Shown: positions 9,196 through 18,243, counted from the stretch's first letter. The stretch is 32,000 bases of DNA from Dubosiella newyorkensis (GCF_001945605.1 NZ_MPKA01000057.1:3039-35038), one strand, 5' to 3'. Translations and numbers: made by a program. The notes: a model not told the origin generated them from the letters alone.

Positions 9196-10373
9196 TGCAG
9201 TACCCCTTTCAAAATTTGTGCAGCTTGGTCGATCTCCTCTTTCGTGATGATCAAAGGAGGGAGCAAACGGATCGTGTTCGTACCCGCTTTCAAGACGAGA
9301 AGGCCTTGATCTTGAGCCGCTTGAATATAGTCTAGGACATGTTCAGGTTCTACTTCGATCCCAATCATCAAACCGATCCCTCGAACCTCTTTGATATGTT
9401 CAGAATCGATAGATTTGAGCTTTTCCATAAAATAAGCGCCTTTTTCACGAACTTCATCTAAAAAGTCACGATTATTTACGATCGACAAAACGGTTTTTGC
9501 TGCTGTCGTCGCTAAAGGATTAGCCCCATAAGTCGATCCATGGTCTCCTTTTTGAAGCGCTGAGGAAGTTCTTTTATTGGCTAAGATACCACCAATCGGA
9601 ACTCCTCCGCCTAGAGCTTTCGCCATCGATACGATATCTGGCTCGATCCCGTAAGTTTGATAGCAGAACAAATCGCCTGTGCGGCCTATCCCTGTTTGAA
9701 CTTCGTCCACGAGCAACAGCAAGTCATTCTCGTGGCAAAACTTCTCCAATTCTTTGACGAATTTTGGATCCAGAGGCTGTACGCCGCTTTCTCCTTGAAT
9801 CAGTTCCACCATCACGCCACATGTGTTTTCATCGACTTTTTCTTTCAAGTCTTCCATGTCGTTGATCGTGAAATAGTCAAATCCGCTCGTGTATGGAAAG
9901 AAATATTGGTGGAATTTATCTTGACCTGTCGCTTCGAGAGTCGCGATCGTCCGTCCATGGAACGAATTTTTTAAAGTCAAGATCTTTGTTCGATCTTTTC
10001 CAAAATTCATTTGGGAATACTTTCGAGCTGCTTTGATCATCGCCTCATTGGCTTCTGCTCCTGAATTGCAGAAAAACGCTTTATCCATACCCGTCGCAAG
10101 ACATAAAATTTCTGCCGCTTCGACCATCGGCTTTGTATAATAAAGATTTGACGTATGCATCAAAGTTCCGACTTGTTCTTGGAGCGCTTTTGTTAAAGCG
10201 GGATGGGCATGTCCTAAGACGTTGACACCAATTCCACTTGTCAGATCTAAGTATTCTTTCCCTTCAAAATCATATAATTTACAGCCTTGTCCATGATCTA
10301 AACAAAGATCAAAACGACTATAGGTCTGCATGACATACTTTTGTTCATTTTCTTTTAATTGTGCTTGGCTCAT
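9192..10373 (-). CDS. argD: Acetylornithine aminotransferase (class-III PLP aminotransferase)
   Basis: GIGVNVLGHAHP, DEVQTGIGRTG and VSMAKALGGG (PLP lysine) motifs, in an arg-operon context. Confidence 0.92.
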   Translation of the reverse strand: MSQAQLKENEQKYVMQTYSRFDLCLDHGQGCKLYDFEGKEYLDLTSGIGVNVLGHAHPALTKALQEQVGTLMHTSNLYYTKPMVEAAEILCLATGMDKAFFCNSGAEANEAMIKAARKYSQMNFGKDRTKILTLKNSFHGRTIATLEATGQDKFHQYFFPYTSGFDYFTINDMEDLKEKVDENTCGVMVELIQGESGVQPLDPKFVKELEKFCHENDLLLLVDEVQTGIGRTGDLFCYQTYGIEPDIVSMAKALGGGVPIGGILANKRTSSALQKGDHGSTYGANPLATTAAKTVLSIVNNRDFLDEVREKGAYFMEKLKSIDSEHIKEVRGIGLMIGIEVEPEHVLDYIQAAQDQGLLVLKAGTNTIRLLPPLIITKEEIDQAAQILKGVLQ

Positions 10374-10382
10374 TATATCCTC

Positions 10383-11234
10383 CTAGTAAAACATCGTACC
10401 GATTCCTTCATCGCTCAATATCTCGATCAAAATCGAATGAGGTACCCGACCATCTTGGATATTAGCTCTTTGTACCCCTTGACGCACGGATTCAACACAG
10501 CAATCTACTTTAGGGATCATCCCTCCAGATATGATTCCTGCCATCACAAGGGATGGTACTTGCGACACTTTCAATCGAGTGATCAAAGTCGATGGGTCTT
10601 TTGGATCTCGCATCAAACCAGGTACATCCGTCAGCAAGATCAGTTTTTTGGCGTGAAGTGCGCTTGCAAGCTGACTTGCAGCCGTATCCGCGTTAATATT
10701 GTACGTCGCATTTTCATGCATTCCAGCCGCAACCGAAGAGATCACGGGAATGTAGCCTTGCGTAATGAGATCTTGAACGATCTTAGGATCAACATTAATG
10801 ATTTCACCAACGTAGCCATAATCTGTATTTGTCTCGTCTTTATACGGAACGGCTCTAAAGAGTCCTCCATCAATTCCAGACAATCCGATCCCTTTTCCGT
10901 CCAGCAAATTGACAAGATCTTTATTGACTTTTCCGCACAAGACCATCTGCACGATATCCATAGCTTCCCTAGAAGTGACTCTCAAACCATTTTCAAAATG
11001 CGATTCTGTATTCGTTTTTGAAAGCATCGCTGAAATATCTGGCCCTCCTCCATGAATAAGGACAACATGGATCCCAACTAAATGGAGCAATAAGATATCT
11101 TGGATCACCGCTTTTTTTAGTTCTTCATCGATCATCGCATTCCCGCCATATTTGATCACGATCGTCTCTCCGTGATACTCTTGAATATTTGGGAGCGCTT
11201 CGATCAAGATCTTCGCTTGTTCTTTGGCATTCAT
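10383..11234 (-). CDS. argB: Acetylglutamate kinase
   Basis: IVIKYGGNAM, VLIHGGGP and NINADTAA motifs typical of ArgB. Confidence 0.94.
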   Translation of the reverse strand: MNAKEQAKILIEALPNIQEYHGETIVIKYGGNAMIDEELKKAVIQDILLLHLVGIHVVLIHGGGPDISAMLSKTNTESHFENGLRVTSREAMDIVQMVLCGKVNKDLVNLLDGKGIGLSGIDGGLFRAVPYKDETNTDYGYVGEIINVDPKIVQDLITQGYIPVISSVAAGMHENATYNINADTAASQLASALHAKKLILLTDVPGLMRDPKDPSTLITRLKVSQVPSLVMAGIISGGMIPKVDCCVESVRQGVQRANIQDGRVPHSILIEILSDEGIGTMFY

Positions 11235-12433
11235 GTTCGATAATCTCCATTGATCTTTACATAGTCATAGGTCAGATCGCAACCCCAGCATGTTGCTTCG
11301 GCATTTCCTTCCTGCAAATCGATATGAACTTGAACTCGATCGGCGGATAAGATCTTCGTCGCCTTCTCTTCATCGAAAGAAACACCCTTCCCTTTTTGAC
11401 AAACGCAAATCTCTCCTTCTTTCGAAGAAAAAGATACAGTAACGCCATTTACATCAAATACAGCGCCTGAATAGCCCATAGCGCATAAGATCCTTCCCCA
11501 ATTGGCGTCTTTACCAAACATCGCGGCTTTGAATAAAGAGCTCGAGCATACGCTCATTGCCAATTGTTCTGCTTGCTTTTCGTTTTTGGCATGCGTGACC
11601 ATGATTTCTAGAAGCCGACTTGCTCCTTCTCCATCCGAGGCGATCTGGATAGCCAAAGATTTCATCACAGTGAAGAGCGCTTCTTCAAACAAACTCTCTT
11701 CTTCCTCTTGAATAGTGTCATACATGGCTTGGCCATTCGCTAGAACGATACACATATCGTTGGTGGATGTGTCTCCATCGACACTGATTCGATTGAATGT
11801 TTTTTTGGTCAGCTTCTGAACTAGTTTTTGAAGAACGGATGATTCGATCTTAGCGTCCGTACAAATGAAGGCCAACATCGTTCCCATATTCGGGTGGATC
11901 ATGCCTGAGCCTTTGCACATGCCAGCGATCCGAACCGTTTGTTGACCGATCTGAAGACTTGCCTGAGCGATTTTCATCTTTGTATCCGTAGTCATGATAG
12001 CGATCGCGGCTTTTTCAAAAGCGGATTCGCTATCGTTTAAATGGATCTGATCAAGACCTTTTTCGATTTTTTCAACAGGCAATTCGGCTCCGATCACTCC
12101 GGTCGATGCTACGATCACATCTTGGGGTTTCAAATCGAGCAAGCAAGCTGCCGCTTGTTGTTCTTTGATGGCGTTTTCCATCCCATTTTTAGCGCAGGCA
12201 TTCGCATTTCCAGAATTCACGATGATCGCTTGCGCTTTACCATCTTGAAGCGTTTGTTGGTTTAAGAGAAGAGGATCGGCTTTGACTATATTTTTTGTAT
12301 AGACGATCCCGACATCACACATTGTATTCGAAACGATCAATGCGACATCTTCTTTTTGTGAAGATTCTTTAATATGACATAAGCAGCTTCCATAATAAAA
12401 TCCTTTAGGAAGCTTGATTCCTTCCATTTCCAT
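11231..12433 (-). CDS. argJ: Bifunctional ornithine acetyltransferase / N-acetylglutamate synthase
   Basis: PKGFYYGS near the N-terminus and the autoprocessing site HPNMGTMLAF. I prefer ATG 12433 (AAGGAAAG SD, 10 nt after the argC stop). The track start at 12469 is a TTG codon inside argC. Confidence 0.92.
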   Translation of the reverse strand: MEMEGIKLPKGFYYGSCLCHIKESSQKEDVALIVSNTMCDVGIVYTKNIVKADPLLLNQQTLQDGKAQAIIVNSGNANACAKNGMENAIKEQQAAACLLDLKPQDVIVASTGVIGAELPVEKIEKGLDQIHLNDSESAFEKAAIAIMTTDTKMKIAQASLQIGQQTVRIAGMCKGSGMIHPNMGTMLAFICTDAKIESSVLQKLVQKLTKKTFNRISVDGDTSTNDMCIVLANGQAMYDTIQEEEESLFEEALFTVMKSLAIQIASDGEGASRLLEIMVTHAKNEKQAEQLAMSVCSSSLFKAAMFGKDANWGRILCAMGYSGAVFDVNGVTVSFSSKEGEICVCQKGKGVSFDEEKATKILSADRVQVHIDLQEGNAEATCWGCDLTYDYVKINGDYRT

Positions 12434-12443
12434 AGTTCTTTCC

Positions 12444-13349
12444 TTATCTAAGTCCTTTAGTTTCTTCAAAGCCGAGCATGATGTTCATATTTTGGATCGC
12501 CGCACCGCAGGCTCCTTTTCCTAAATTGTCAAAGGAAGCGCAGACGATCGTTTGTTCTTCATTTCCATGCACGTATAGTTTTAAATGATCGGTGTTCCTC
12601 ATCGCATTCGCATATAGAAAGCTATTATTTCCAAATTCGACCTCGATCAAAGGTTGATCTTGATAAGCCTTGTTCAATACTTCAAATACTTGTCTTGCAT
12701 CCAGTTCAAATTGAATCGAAACGAGCATTCCATTATAGTAGTCGTCGACGATCGGTGTAAATAATGGTTTTCTTGAAAGACCACTGATCTTCTGCATTTC
12801 AGGAATATGTTTATGCTGCATCGACAAACCATAGATTGCAGGAGATTTCAAAAGATCATTTTCTTGATCTCCTTCATATTGTTGGATCATCGATTTTCCT
12901 CCGCCAGAATAGCCAGTTAAAGAAAAAGCATGAATCGATATGTCGGGTTTGATCAAATTCGCCTGAATCAGAGGATGAACGATGCTGATGAAGCCTGTGG
13001 CATGGCATCCTGGATTTGCGACGTACTTGGCTTCTTTGATCTTCTTTCTTTGATCAGGATCAAGTTCTGGAAAACCATAAACCCAGCTTGTTCGATGGGC
13101 TGTAGAGGCATCGATGATTTTTGTCGACGTCCCTTCCGCAAGCGAAACTGCTTCAATCGCTGCTTGATCGGGCAAGCATAGAAACGCAAGATCCGCTTTC
13201 GCGAAGCATTCTTTTCTTTTTTCCGGATCCTTCCGGTCCGCTTGGGCGATCAGGATCAATTCTAGATCCTCTCTCTCTTTCAGCCTTTCTAAGATCTGAA
13301 GGCCTGTCGTTCCCGCTTGACCATCGATATAAATCTTTGGCTTATTCAT
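12444..13349 (-). CDS. argC: N-acetyl-gamma-glutamyl-phosphate reductase, short 'uncommon' form
   Basis: 301 aa with IYIDGQAGTTGLQI, active-site NPGCHATG and SGYSGGGK. Its length and motifs fit the short ArgC subfamily rather than the ~345-aa Bacillus type. Confidence 0.9.
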   Translation of the reverse strand: MNKPKIYIDGQAGTTGLQILERLKEREDLELILIAQADRKDPEKRKECFAKADLAFLCLPDQAAIEAVSLAEGTSTKIIDASTAHRTSWVYGFPELDPDQRKKIKEAKYVANPGCHATGFISIVHPLIQANLIKPDISIHAFSLTGYSGGGKSMIQQYEGDQENDLLKSPAIYGLSMQHKHIPEMQKISGLSRKPLFTPIVDDYYNGMLVSIQFELDARQVFEVLNKAYQDQPLIEVEFGNNSFLYANAMRNTDHLKLYVHGNEEQTIVCASFDNLGKGACGAAIQNMNIMLGFEETKGLR

Positions 13350-14733
13350 GTTCTGCCTCCATCTTAGCTAAAAATCGAGTGATTTCCTCGATCTGGATCT
13401 CTACTTGCTCAGGGCTCGGTCCACCATACACATTTCTTTGTTTGACACAATTAAGAAGATCGATGGCTTCAAAAACATCTTCTTCGAAGAGCGGATGAAA
13501 CTCTTTTAAAGTCTGTAGCGACAATTCGTCAAGACTGGCTCCTTTTTCGTTACAGAAAGCGACGATCTGCCCTGTGATCTTATAGGCGTCCCGAAAAGGA
13601 AGTCCTTTTTTTGTTAAATAATCTGCACAATCGGTCGCGTTCAAAAATCCTTTTTTAGCGGCTTGATACATCGTATTTGTATATAAAGTCATCGTTTGAC
13701 ACATTTTTGGCAAAACGCTTAAACACATTTCTACTGTGTCGATCGCATCAAAAACGGATTCCTTATCTTCTTGCATATCTTTATTGTAGGCGAGAGGCAA
13801 TCCTTTGAGCGTCGTGAACAAAGCCATCATATCCCCATAGACCCGGCCAGTTTTTCCGCGAACCAGCTCACAAATATCTGGATTTTTCTTTTGGGGCATG
13901 ATGCTTGATCCTGTCGCATAAGCATCATCCAATTCAATGAACTTAAATTCCCATGAACACCAGGCGATGATCTCTTCACTGAAGCGTGAAAGATGCATCA
14001 TCAAGATCGATAGATCGCTAAGCAGCTCTAAGCAATAGTCACGATCGCTCACTCCATCGATCGAATTGGATGTTGGCTTATCAAAGCCTAGAAAAGCGGC
14101 GCTATAAAAGCGATCGATCGGATAGGTGGTTGTCGCTAAAGCACCCGAGCCTAGCGGCGACTCATTCATCAAGGAATACGTGTTGGACAGACGAATGAGA
14201 TCTCTTCTAAGCATTTGCGCATAAGCCATGATCGTATGGGCGAATGTGATCGGTTGAGCCCGTTGCAAATGGGTGTAGCCTGGCATGATCGTCGTTAGAT
14301 TCGATTTTGCTAAGCTGAGCAGCTCTTGTGAAAGAACGATGATCTGAGATTGGATCTTTTGAATGTGATCTTTAACGAAAAGGCGCATATCTAAAGCGAC
14401 TTGATCGTTTCTGCTTCTTGCGGTGTGCAATCTTTTTCCTGCTGCTCCGATCTTTTCTGTCAAGAGCTGTTCAATACACATATGAATATCTTCATACTCG
14501 CTCGTGAATTCGATCTTGCCTTCTTGGATCTCGTCGAGGATCTCCAAAAGACCTTGTTCGATTTGTTTTTGATCCTCTTCGCTCAATATTCCTTGTTTTT
14601 GTAGCATTTGGGAATGCGCGATCGAGCCTTGGATATCGTATGGATAAAGACGCTGATCGAAATGGATCGATGCGTTGAAATCATTGACAAGCGCGTTGGT
14701 TTCAGATTGAAACCGTCCAGCCCACATTTTCAT
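13342..14733 (-). CDS. argH: Argininosuccinate lyase
   Basis: MWAGRF N-terminus, TGSSIMPQKKNPD fumarate-lyase signature, and an AAAGGAG SD. Confidence 0.96.
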   Translation of the reverse strand: MKMWAGRFQSETNALVNDFNASIHFDQRLYPYDIQGSIAHSQMLQKQGILSEEDQKQIEQGLLEILDEIQEGKIEFTSEYEDIHMCIEQLLTEKIGAAGKRLHTARSRNDQVALDMRLFVKDHIQKIQSQIIVLSQELLSLAKSNLTTIMPGYTHLQRAQPITFAHTIMAYAQMLRRDLIRLSNTYSLMNESPLGSGALATTTYPIDRFYSAAFLGFDKPTSNSIDGVSDRDYCLELLSDLSILMMHLSRFSEEIIAWCSWEFKFIELDDAYATGSSIMPQKKNPDICELVRGKTGRVYGDMMALFTTLKGLPLAYNKDMQEDKESVFDAIDTVEMCLSVLPKMCQTMTLYTNTMYQAAKKGFLNATDCADYLTKKGLPFRDAYKITGQIVAFCNEKGASLDELSLQTLKEFHPLFEEDVFEAIDLLNCVKQRNVYGGPSPEQVEIQIEEITRFLAKMEAEHE

Positions 14734-14747
14734 ATTCGATCTCCTTT

Positions 14748-16010
14748 CTATTCTACGTTGGAGAAATGGATTCCTTCTTCTTCGAATAATTGTTGATCTT
14801 GTAGCGCCCTTACTTTGATTGGAAGACCGAATAAATTGATAAATCCAGCCGAATCAGATTGGTCATAACAATCATCTTCATCAAAGGTCGCCATACCTGC
14901 TGAATACAAAGAATATTTTGACGTTACAGAAGCAGGAATTATATTGCCTTTATAAAGTTTGAGGGTCACATCCCCAGTGACATTTTTTTGTGTTTCATCC
15001 ACGAAGGCGCTCAGCGCTTTTCTTAGCGGCGTATACCATAATCCGTTATAGACGAGTTCTCCAAACTTCAAAGCGACTTGATTTTTATAGTGTTGGGTTT
15101 CTTTATCGAGTGTGATCTCTTCAAGCTTTTGATGAGCGGCATATAAGATCGTTCCTCCTGGTGTCTCGTATACTCCTCTTGATTTCATGCCAACCAATCG
15201 ATTTTCGACAATATCTAAGATTCCGATCCCATTCTTTCCACCGATCGTATTGAGCAGTTCGATCAATTCAACAGAATTCATCTCTTCGCCATTGACAGCC
15301 GTAGGCACGCCTTGTTCGAAATGGATCGTTACATATTCTGGCTGATCCGGAGCTTGTTCAGGAGATACGCCAAGTTCTAAAAATCCTTCTTTATTGATTG
15401 GTGCTTCATTGGCGGGGTCTTCTAGATCTAATCCTTCATGAGAAAGATGCCATAAGTTCTTGTCTTTTGAATAATTTGTTTCTTTATTGATTTTTAACGG
15501 AATATGGTGTTGTTCGGCGTATTCGATTTCCTTTTCGCGGGAATTGAGCTCCCAGAATCTCCAAGGAGCGATGATATCGATTTCTGGCGCGAAAGCTTTG
15601 ATCGCTAGTTCAAAGCGCACTTGGTCATTTCCTTTTCCCGTGCATCCATGGCAGATCGCGTCGGCGCCTTCTTTTTTAGCAATCTCTACGATCCGTTTTG
15701 CGATCAAAGGTCGAGCAAACGATGTTCCAAGCAAGTATTGCTCATAAGTGGCTCCCGCTTTGATCGTTGGGATAATATATTCATCTACGAATTCTTGGTT
15801 CAAGTCTTCGATATATAACTTAGAGGCTCCTGTTGCGAGTGCTTTTTCTTCCAGTCCTTCTAGTTCAGATTTTTGTCCAACGTTTCCTGAAACAGCGATG
15901 ATTTCTGCTCCATAGTTTTCTTTGAGCCATGGGATCAAAACGGATGTATCCAATCCACCTGAATAGGCTAATACGATTTTTTTATATTGCTTTTGTTGTG
16001 GTTTGTTCAT
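14748..16010 (-). CDS. argG: Argininosuccinate synthase
   Basis: [14 protein letters not shown]-binding motif, [13 protein letters not shown], and a GAGGAG SD. Confidence 0.96.
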   Translation of the reverse strand: MNKPQQKQYKKIVLAYSGGLDTSVLIPWLKENYGAEIIAVSGNVGQKSELEGLEEKALATGASKLYIEDLNQEFVDEYIIPTIKAGATYEQYLLGTSFARPLIAKRIVEIAKKEGADAICHGCTGKGNDQVRFELAIKAFAPEIDIIAPWRFWELNSREKEIEYAEQHHIPLKINKETNYSKDKNLWHLSHEGLDLEDPANEAPINKEGFLELGVSPEQAPDQPEYVTIHFEQGVPTAVNGEEMNSVELIELLNTIGGKNGIGILDIVENRLVGMKSRGVYETPGGTILYAAHQKLEEITLDKETQHYKNQVALKFGELVYNGLWYTPLRKALSAFVDETQKNVTGDVTLKLYKGNIIPASVTSKYSLYSAGMATFDEDDCYDQSDSAGFINLFGLPIKVRALQDQQLFEEEGIHFSNVE

Positions 16011-16061
16011 ATTTTCTCTCCTCTATCCATAAATCGAATGGCATGAAGCAAGTCTTTGGGT

Positions 16062-16286
16062 AAAAAAAAATTCGCCCTTCTATAAAGGACGAATGGATCG
16101 CGGTACCACCTTACTTCCCTGCATAGGGCACTTACCGATAACGCTGGCTGCGGAATATATTCATTGCTTCATATATTCACTCCAAGACACGTTCTGCAAG
16201 AAGTATCTTACCGTCTTTCACCAATCACGGCTCGCTGTCAGACCTTTTCAAGCATACTACTTCTCTTCAATGCTTTCGTTTATAGT
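16062..16286 (-). promoter_or_regulatory. T-box riboswitch leader (probable Arg specifier CGU) with intrinsic terminator, controlling argGHCJBDF
   Basis: On the minus strand I read AGCGA plus distal loop GAUUGGUGAAAG, then Stem III CCCU-AUGC-AGGG. The T-box sequence AAGGUGGUACCGCG lies at 16099..16112. The terminator AUUCGUCCUU-UAUA-GAAGGGCGAAU is followed by U9 (16062..16094). The specifier-loop context is AGUA...UUGCA-GAA-CGU-G, with the codon at 16189..16191. Confidence 0.88.
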
Positions 16287-16291
16287 TCGTA

Positions 16292-16320
16292 ATTATACAC
16301 GCCACTAAAATGGGTTTCAA
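16292..16320 (-). promoter_or_regulatory. Sigma-A-type promoter of the T-box/arg operon (TTGAAA-17-TATAAT)
   Basis: On the minus strand, TTGAAA lies at 16320..16315 and TATAAT at 16297..16292, with an exact 17-nt spacer. Confidence 0.75.
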
Positions 16321-16325
16321 CACTT

Positions 16326-16344
16326 TTCTGAAAATTTTTCAGAA
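16326..16344. repeat. Perfect 19-bp palindrome TTCTGAAAA-T-TTTTCAGAA just upstream of the arg promoter -35
   Basis: The 9-bp arms 16326..16334 and 16336..16344 are exact reverse complements around T16335. Confidence 0.9.
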
Positions 16345-16350
16345 TTATGT

Positions 16351-16380
16351 AAAAAAAAGACGCTTCGATCGAAACGTCTT
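16351..16380 (-). terminator. Rho-independent terminator of rpsB-tsf
   Basis: The minus-strand RNA reads AAGACGUUUCGA/UCGAAGCGUCUU (12-bp stem with one G-U pair) followed by U8. It starts 8 nt after the tsf stop. Confidence 0.88.
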
Positions 16381-16388
16381 TAAATGGA

Positions 16389-17276
16389 TTACCCTTTGAT
16401 TTGAGCCATTACTTCTTCAGCGAAGTTTTCTTCTCGCTTCTCGATTCCTTCTCCGGCTTGGAAGCGAACGAAAGTAACAACTTCCGCTTTATTGGCTTTT
16501 AAGAAGTTTGCCACTTTTTCCTTAGGATCCTTGAAGTATTCTTGATCCATCAAGCATTGGTCTTTGAAATGCTTAGATACTTTACCATTCAAGATTCCTG
16601 CAAGAACTTTTTCTGGTTTTGAAGCCATCGCTGGGTCAGCAGCCATGATCTGTTGTTGAAGTGCACGTTCGTGTTCAACGACTTCGGCTGGGACATCTTT
16701 TTGAGAGATATACGTTGGATTCATACTAGCAACTTGCATCGCCATTTCTTTGGCTACTTCGTCGTTGCCGCCTTTCATCACAACAAGAGCCGAGATCGTT
16801 CCTCCCATGTGCATATACGAACCGAAAATTTCTTCGTCTGTTTTTTCAACAACCACGAAACGACGAAGTGTGATCTTTTCACCGATCGTTGCCGTCGCGT
16901 TCGTGATCAATTCTTCGATCGTACCATTTGGTGTGCTGATCGCGAGAACTTCTTCATTGTTAGCTGGCTTGTTGTTCAAGACCGCATTCGTGATCGTATC
17001 AAGCAGCGTCAAGAATTGATCGTTTTTCGATACGAAATCCGTTTCGGAGTTTACTTCGACAACGACACCGATGTTGCCATCGACCGCAACGCGAGTAAGT
17101 CCTTCTGCCGCAATGCGTCCTTCTTTTTTTGCCGCTTTGCTGATTCCTTTTTCACGGAGCCAGTCAACTGCTTTGTCAAGATCTCCATCACACTCAGTAA
17201 GTGCTTTTTTGCAGTCCATCATTCCTGCACCAGTTTTTTCACGTAGTTCTTTGACTTGTTTTGCGCTAATAGCCAT
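16389..17276 (-). CDS. tsf: Elongation factor Ts
   Basis: N-terminal UBA-like AKQVKELREKTGAGMMDCKKAL, EF-Ts typical throughout, downstream of rpsB. Confidence 0.97.
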   Translation of the reverse strand: MAISAKQVKELREKTGAGMMDCKKALTECDGDLDKAVDWLREKGISKAAKKEGRIAAEGLTRVAVDGNIGVVVEVNSETDFVSKNDQFLTLLDTITNAVLNNKPANNEEVLAISTPNGTIEELITNATATIGEKITLRRFVVVEKTDEEIFGSYMHMGGTISALVVMKGGNDEVAKEMAMQVASMNPTYISQKDVPAEVVEHERALQQQIMAADPAMASKPEKVLAGILNGKVSKHFKDQCLMDQEYFKDPKEKVANFLKANKAEVVTFVRFQAGEGIEKREENFAEEVMAQIKG

Positions 17277-17307
17277 AATTTCCTCCTATGTTCAATACTT
17301 GTTTAAA

Positions 17308-18243
17308 TTAAGCTTCTGTTTTCTTAGGAGCTGGTTTTGATTCTTGTCCAGCAGCTTGGTTGTTATTCGCTCTTGGAGCGCCTTGACGATTGTTGTTGTA
17401 TGGACGACGGTTCTTACGATCGAAGTTCCGTTTTCTGCGTTCTTCGTTTCTTTGACGACGACGGCGTTCGTTTTCAGCGATCTGTGCTTCAACATTGCGA
17501 ACGACATCATCCATCGTTACATCATCAGCCGTATCATCCAAGTAAGCGATCTCTAAAAGTCCGCCTTTTGCGTCTACGATCGCATCTGCCAAGATCGTAG
17601 TCACCAATTTGACCGAACGGTTCGCATCATCGTTTGAAGCGATCGGATAATCTGCGTCTTCTGGATCACAGTTCGTATCCAACATTGCGAATACAGGGAT
17701 ATTCAATTTTTTCGCTTCCGCAACCGCGTTGTGTTCTTCTTTCGGATCGATGATCACGATCGCGTCTGGAAGTTTTTTCATTTCCTTGATTCCGCCTAAC
17801 GACGATTCAAGTTTCGCTTTTTCTTTCAAGATCTTCGCTTGTTCTTTTTTCGTATACACTTCAAGCTTTCCGCTCGCTTCCATTTCTTCGATCTCGACAA
17901 GACGTTTTACACGTTTTTGGATCGTGCGGAAGTTCGTTAAAAGTCCACCTAACCAACGCTTGTTAACATAGAAAGAACCAGAACGGATCGCTTGTTCTTC
18001 AATCGTTTCAGCGACTTGCTTTTTCGTTCCGACGAACAAAACTTTACCACCGTTTTCGCTGATTTGTTTAAGCGCTTGGTAAGCGGCTTCGATTTGTTTT
18101 TGAGTTTGGTTGAGATCCACGATATACACACCGTTACGGCTTGTGTAGATATATGGTTTCATCTTAGGATTCCAACGACGAGTCTGGTGTCCAAAATGCA
18201 CACCGTTTTCAAGCATTTTTTTAATAGATACAATTTGTGACAT
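17308..18243 (-). CDS. rpsB: 30S ribosomal protein S2 with a ~70-aa charged C-terminal extension
   Basis: The core reads LENGVHFGHQTRRWNPKM...VFVGTKKQ. At 311 aa it exceeds the usual ~240-260. The tail reads ...ENERRRRQRNEERRKRNFDRKNRRPYNNNRQGAPRANNNQAAGQESKPAPKKTEA. Confidence 0.96.
   Translation of the reverse strand: MSQIVSIKKMLENGVHFGHQTRRWNPKMKPYIYTSRNGVYIVDLNQTQKQIEAAYQALKQISENGGKVLFVGTKKQVAETIEEQAIRSGSFYVNKRWLGGLLTNFRTIQKRVKRLVEIEEMEASGKLEVYTKKEQAKILKEKAKLESSLGGIKEMKKLPDAIVIIDPKEEHNAVAEAKKLNIPVFAMLDTNCDPEDADYPIASNDDANRSVKLVTTILADAIVDAKGGLLEIAYLDDTADDVTMDDVVRNVEAQIAENERRRRQRNEERRKRNFDRKNRRPYNNNRQGAPRANNNQAAGQESKPAPKKTEA

Noticed and set aside
10359-11021. 220-aa plus-strand ORF
   Set aside because: It is antisense to argB and the argD start and has no recognisable motifs or initiation signals. 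It is a shadow ORF of a well-supported gene.
12434-12469. TTG-initiated argJ extension; likewise the GTG-initiated rnhB extension at 22039..22077
   Set aside because: These are non-ATG starts buried in the upstream gene without an SD. Downstream ATGs with good SDs fit the homologue N-termini better.
8290-16010. The arg cluster as a recently acquired genomic island
   Set aside because: There are no mobility genes or flanking repeats. GATC density (11 in 10381..10980) and codon style match neighbouring core genes. If it was inserted, the event is old.
16093-16308. 71-aa plus-strand ORF between argG and tsf
   Set aside because: This region is fully explained by the minus-strand T-box leader, promoter and terminator.
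16328-16355. dif-like site, because TTATGTAAAAA resembles the XerD arm TTATGTAAACT
   Set aside because: The required XerC arm and central region (ACTTCCTAGAA-TATATA in Bacillus) are not present to the left. Only a half-site matches, which chance in AT-rich DNA can explain.
16653-17246. 197-aa plus-strand ORF in the track
   Set aside because: It lies entirely antisense to tsf, which is unambiguous. The predicted protein is Phe/Arg/Cys-rich low-information sequence with no SD or promoter. It is a shadow ORF.
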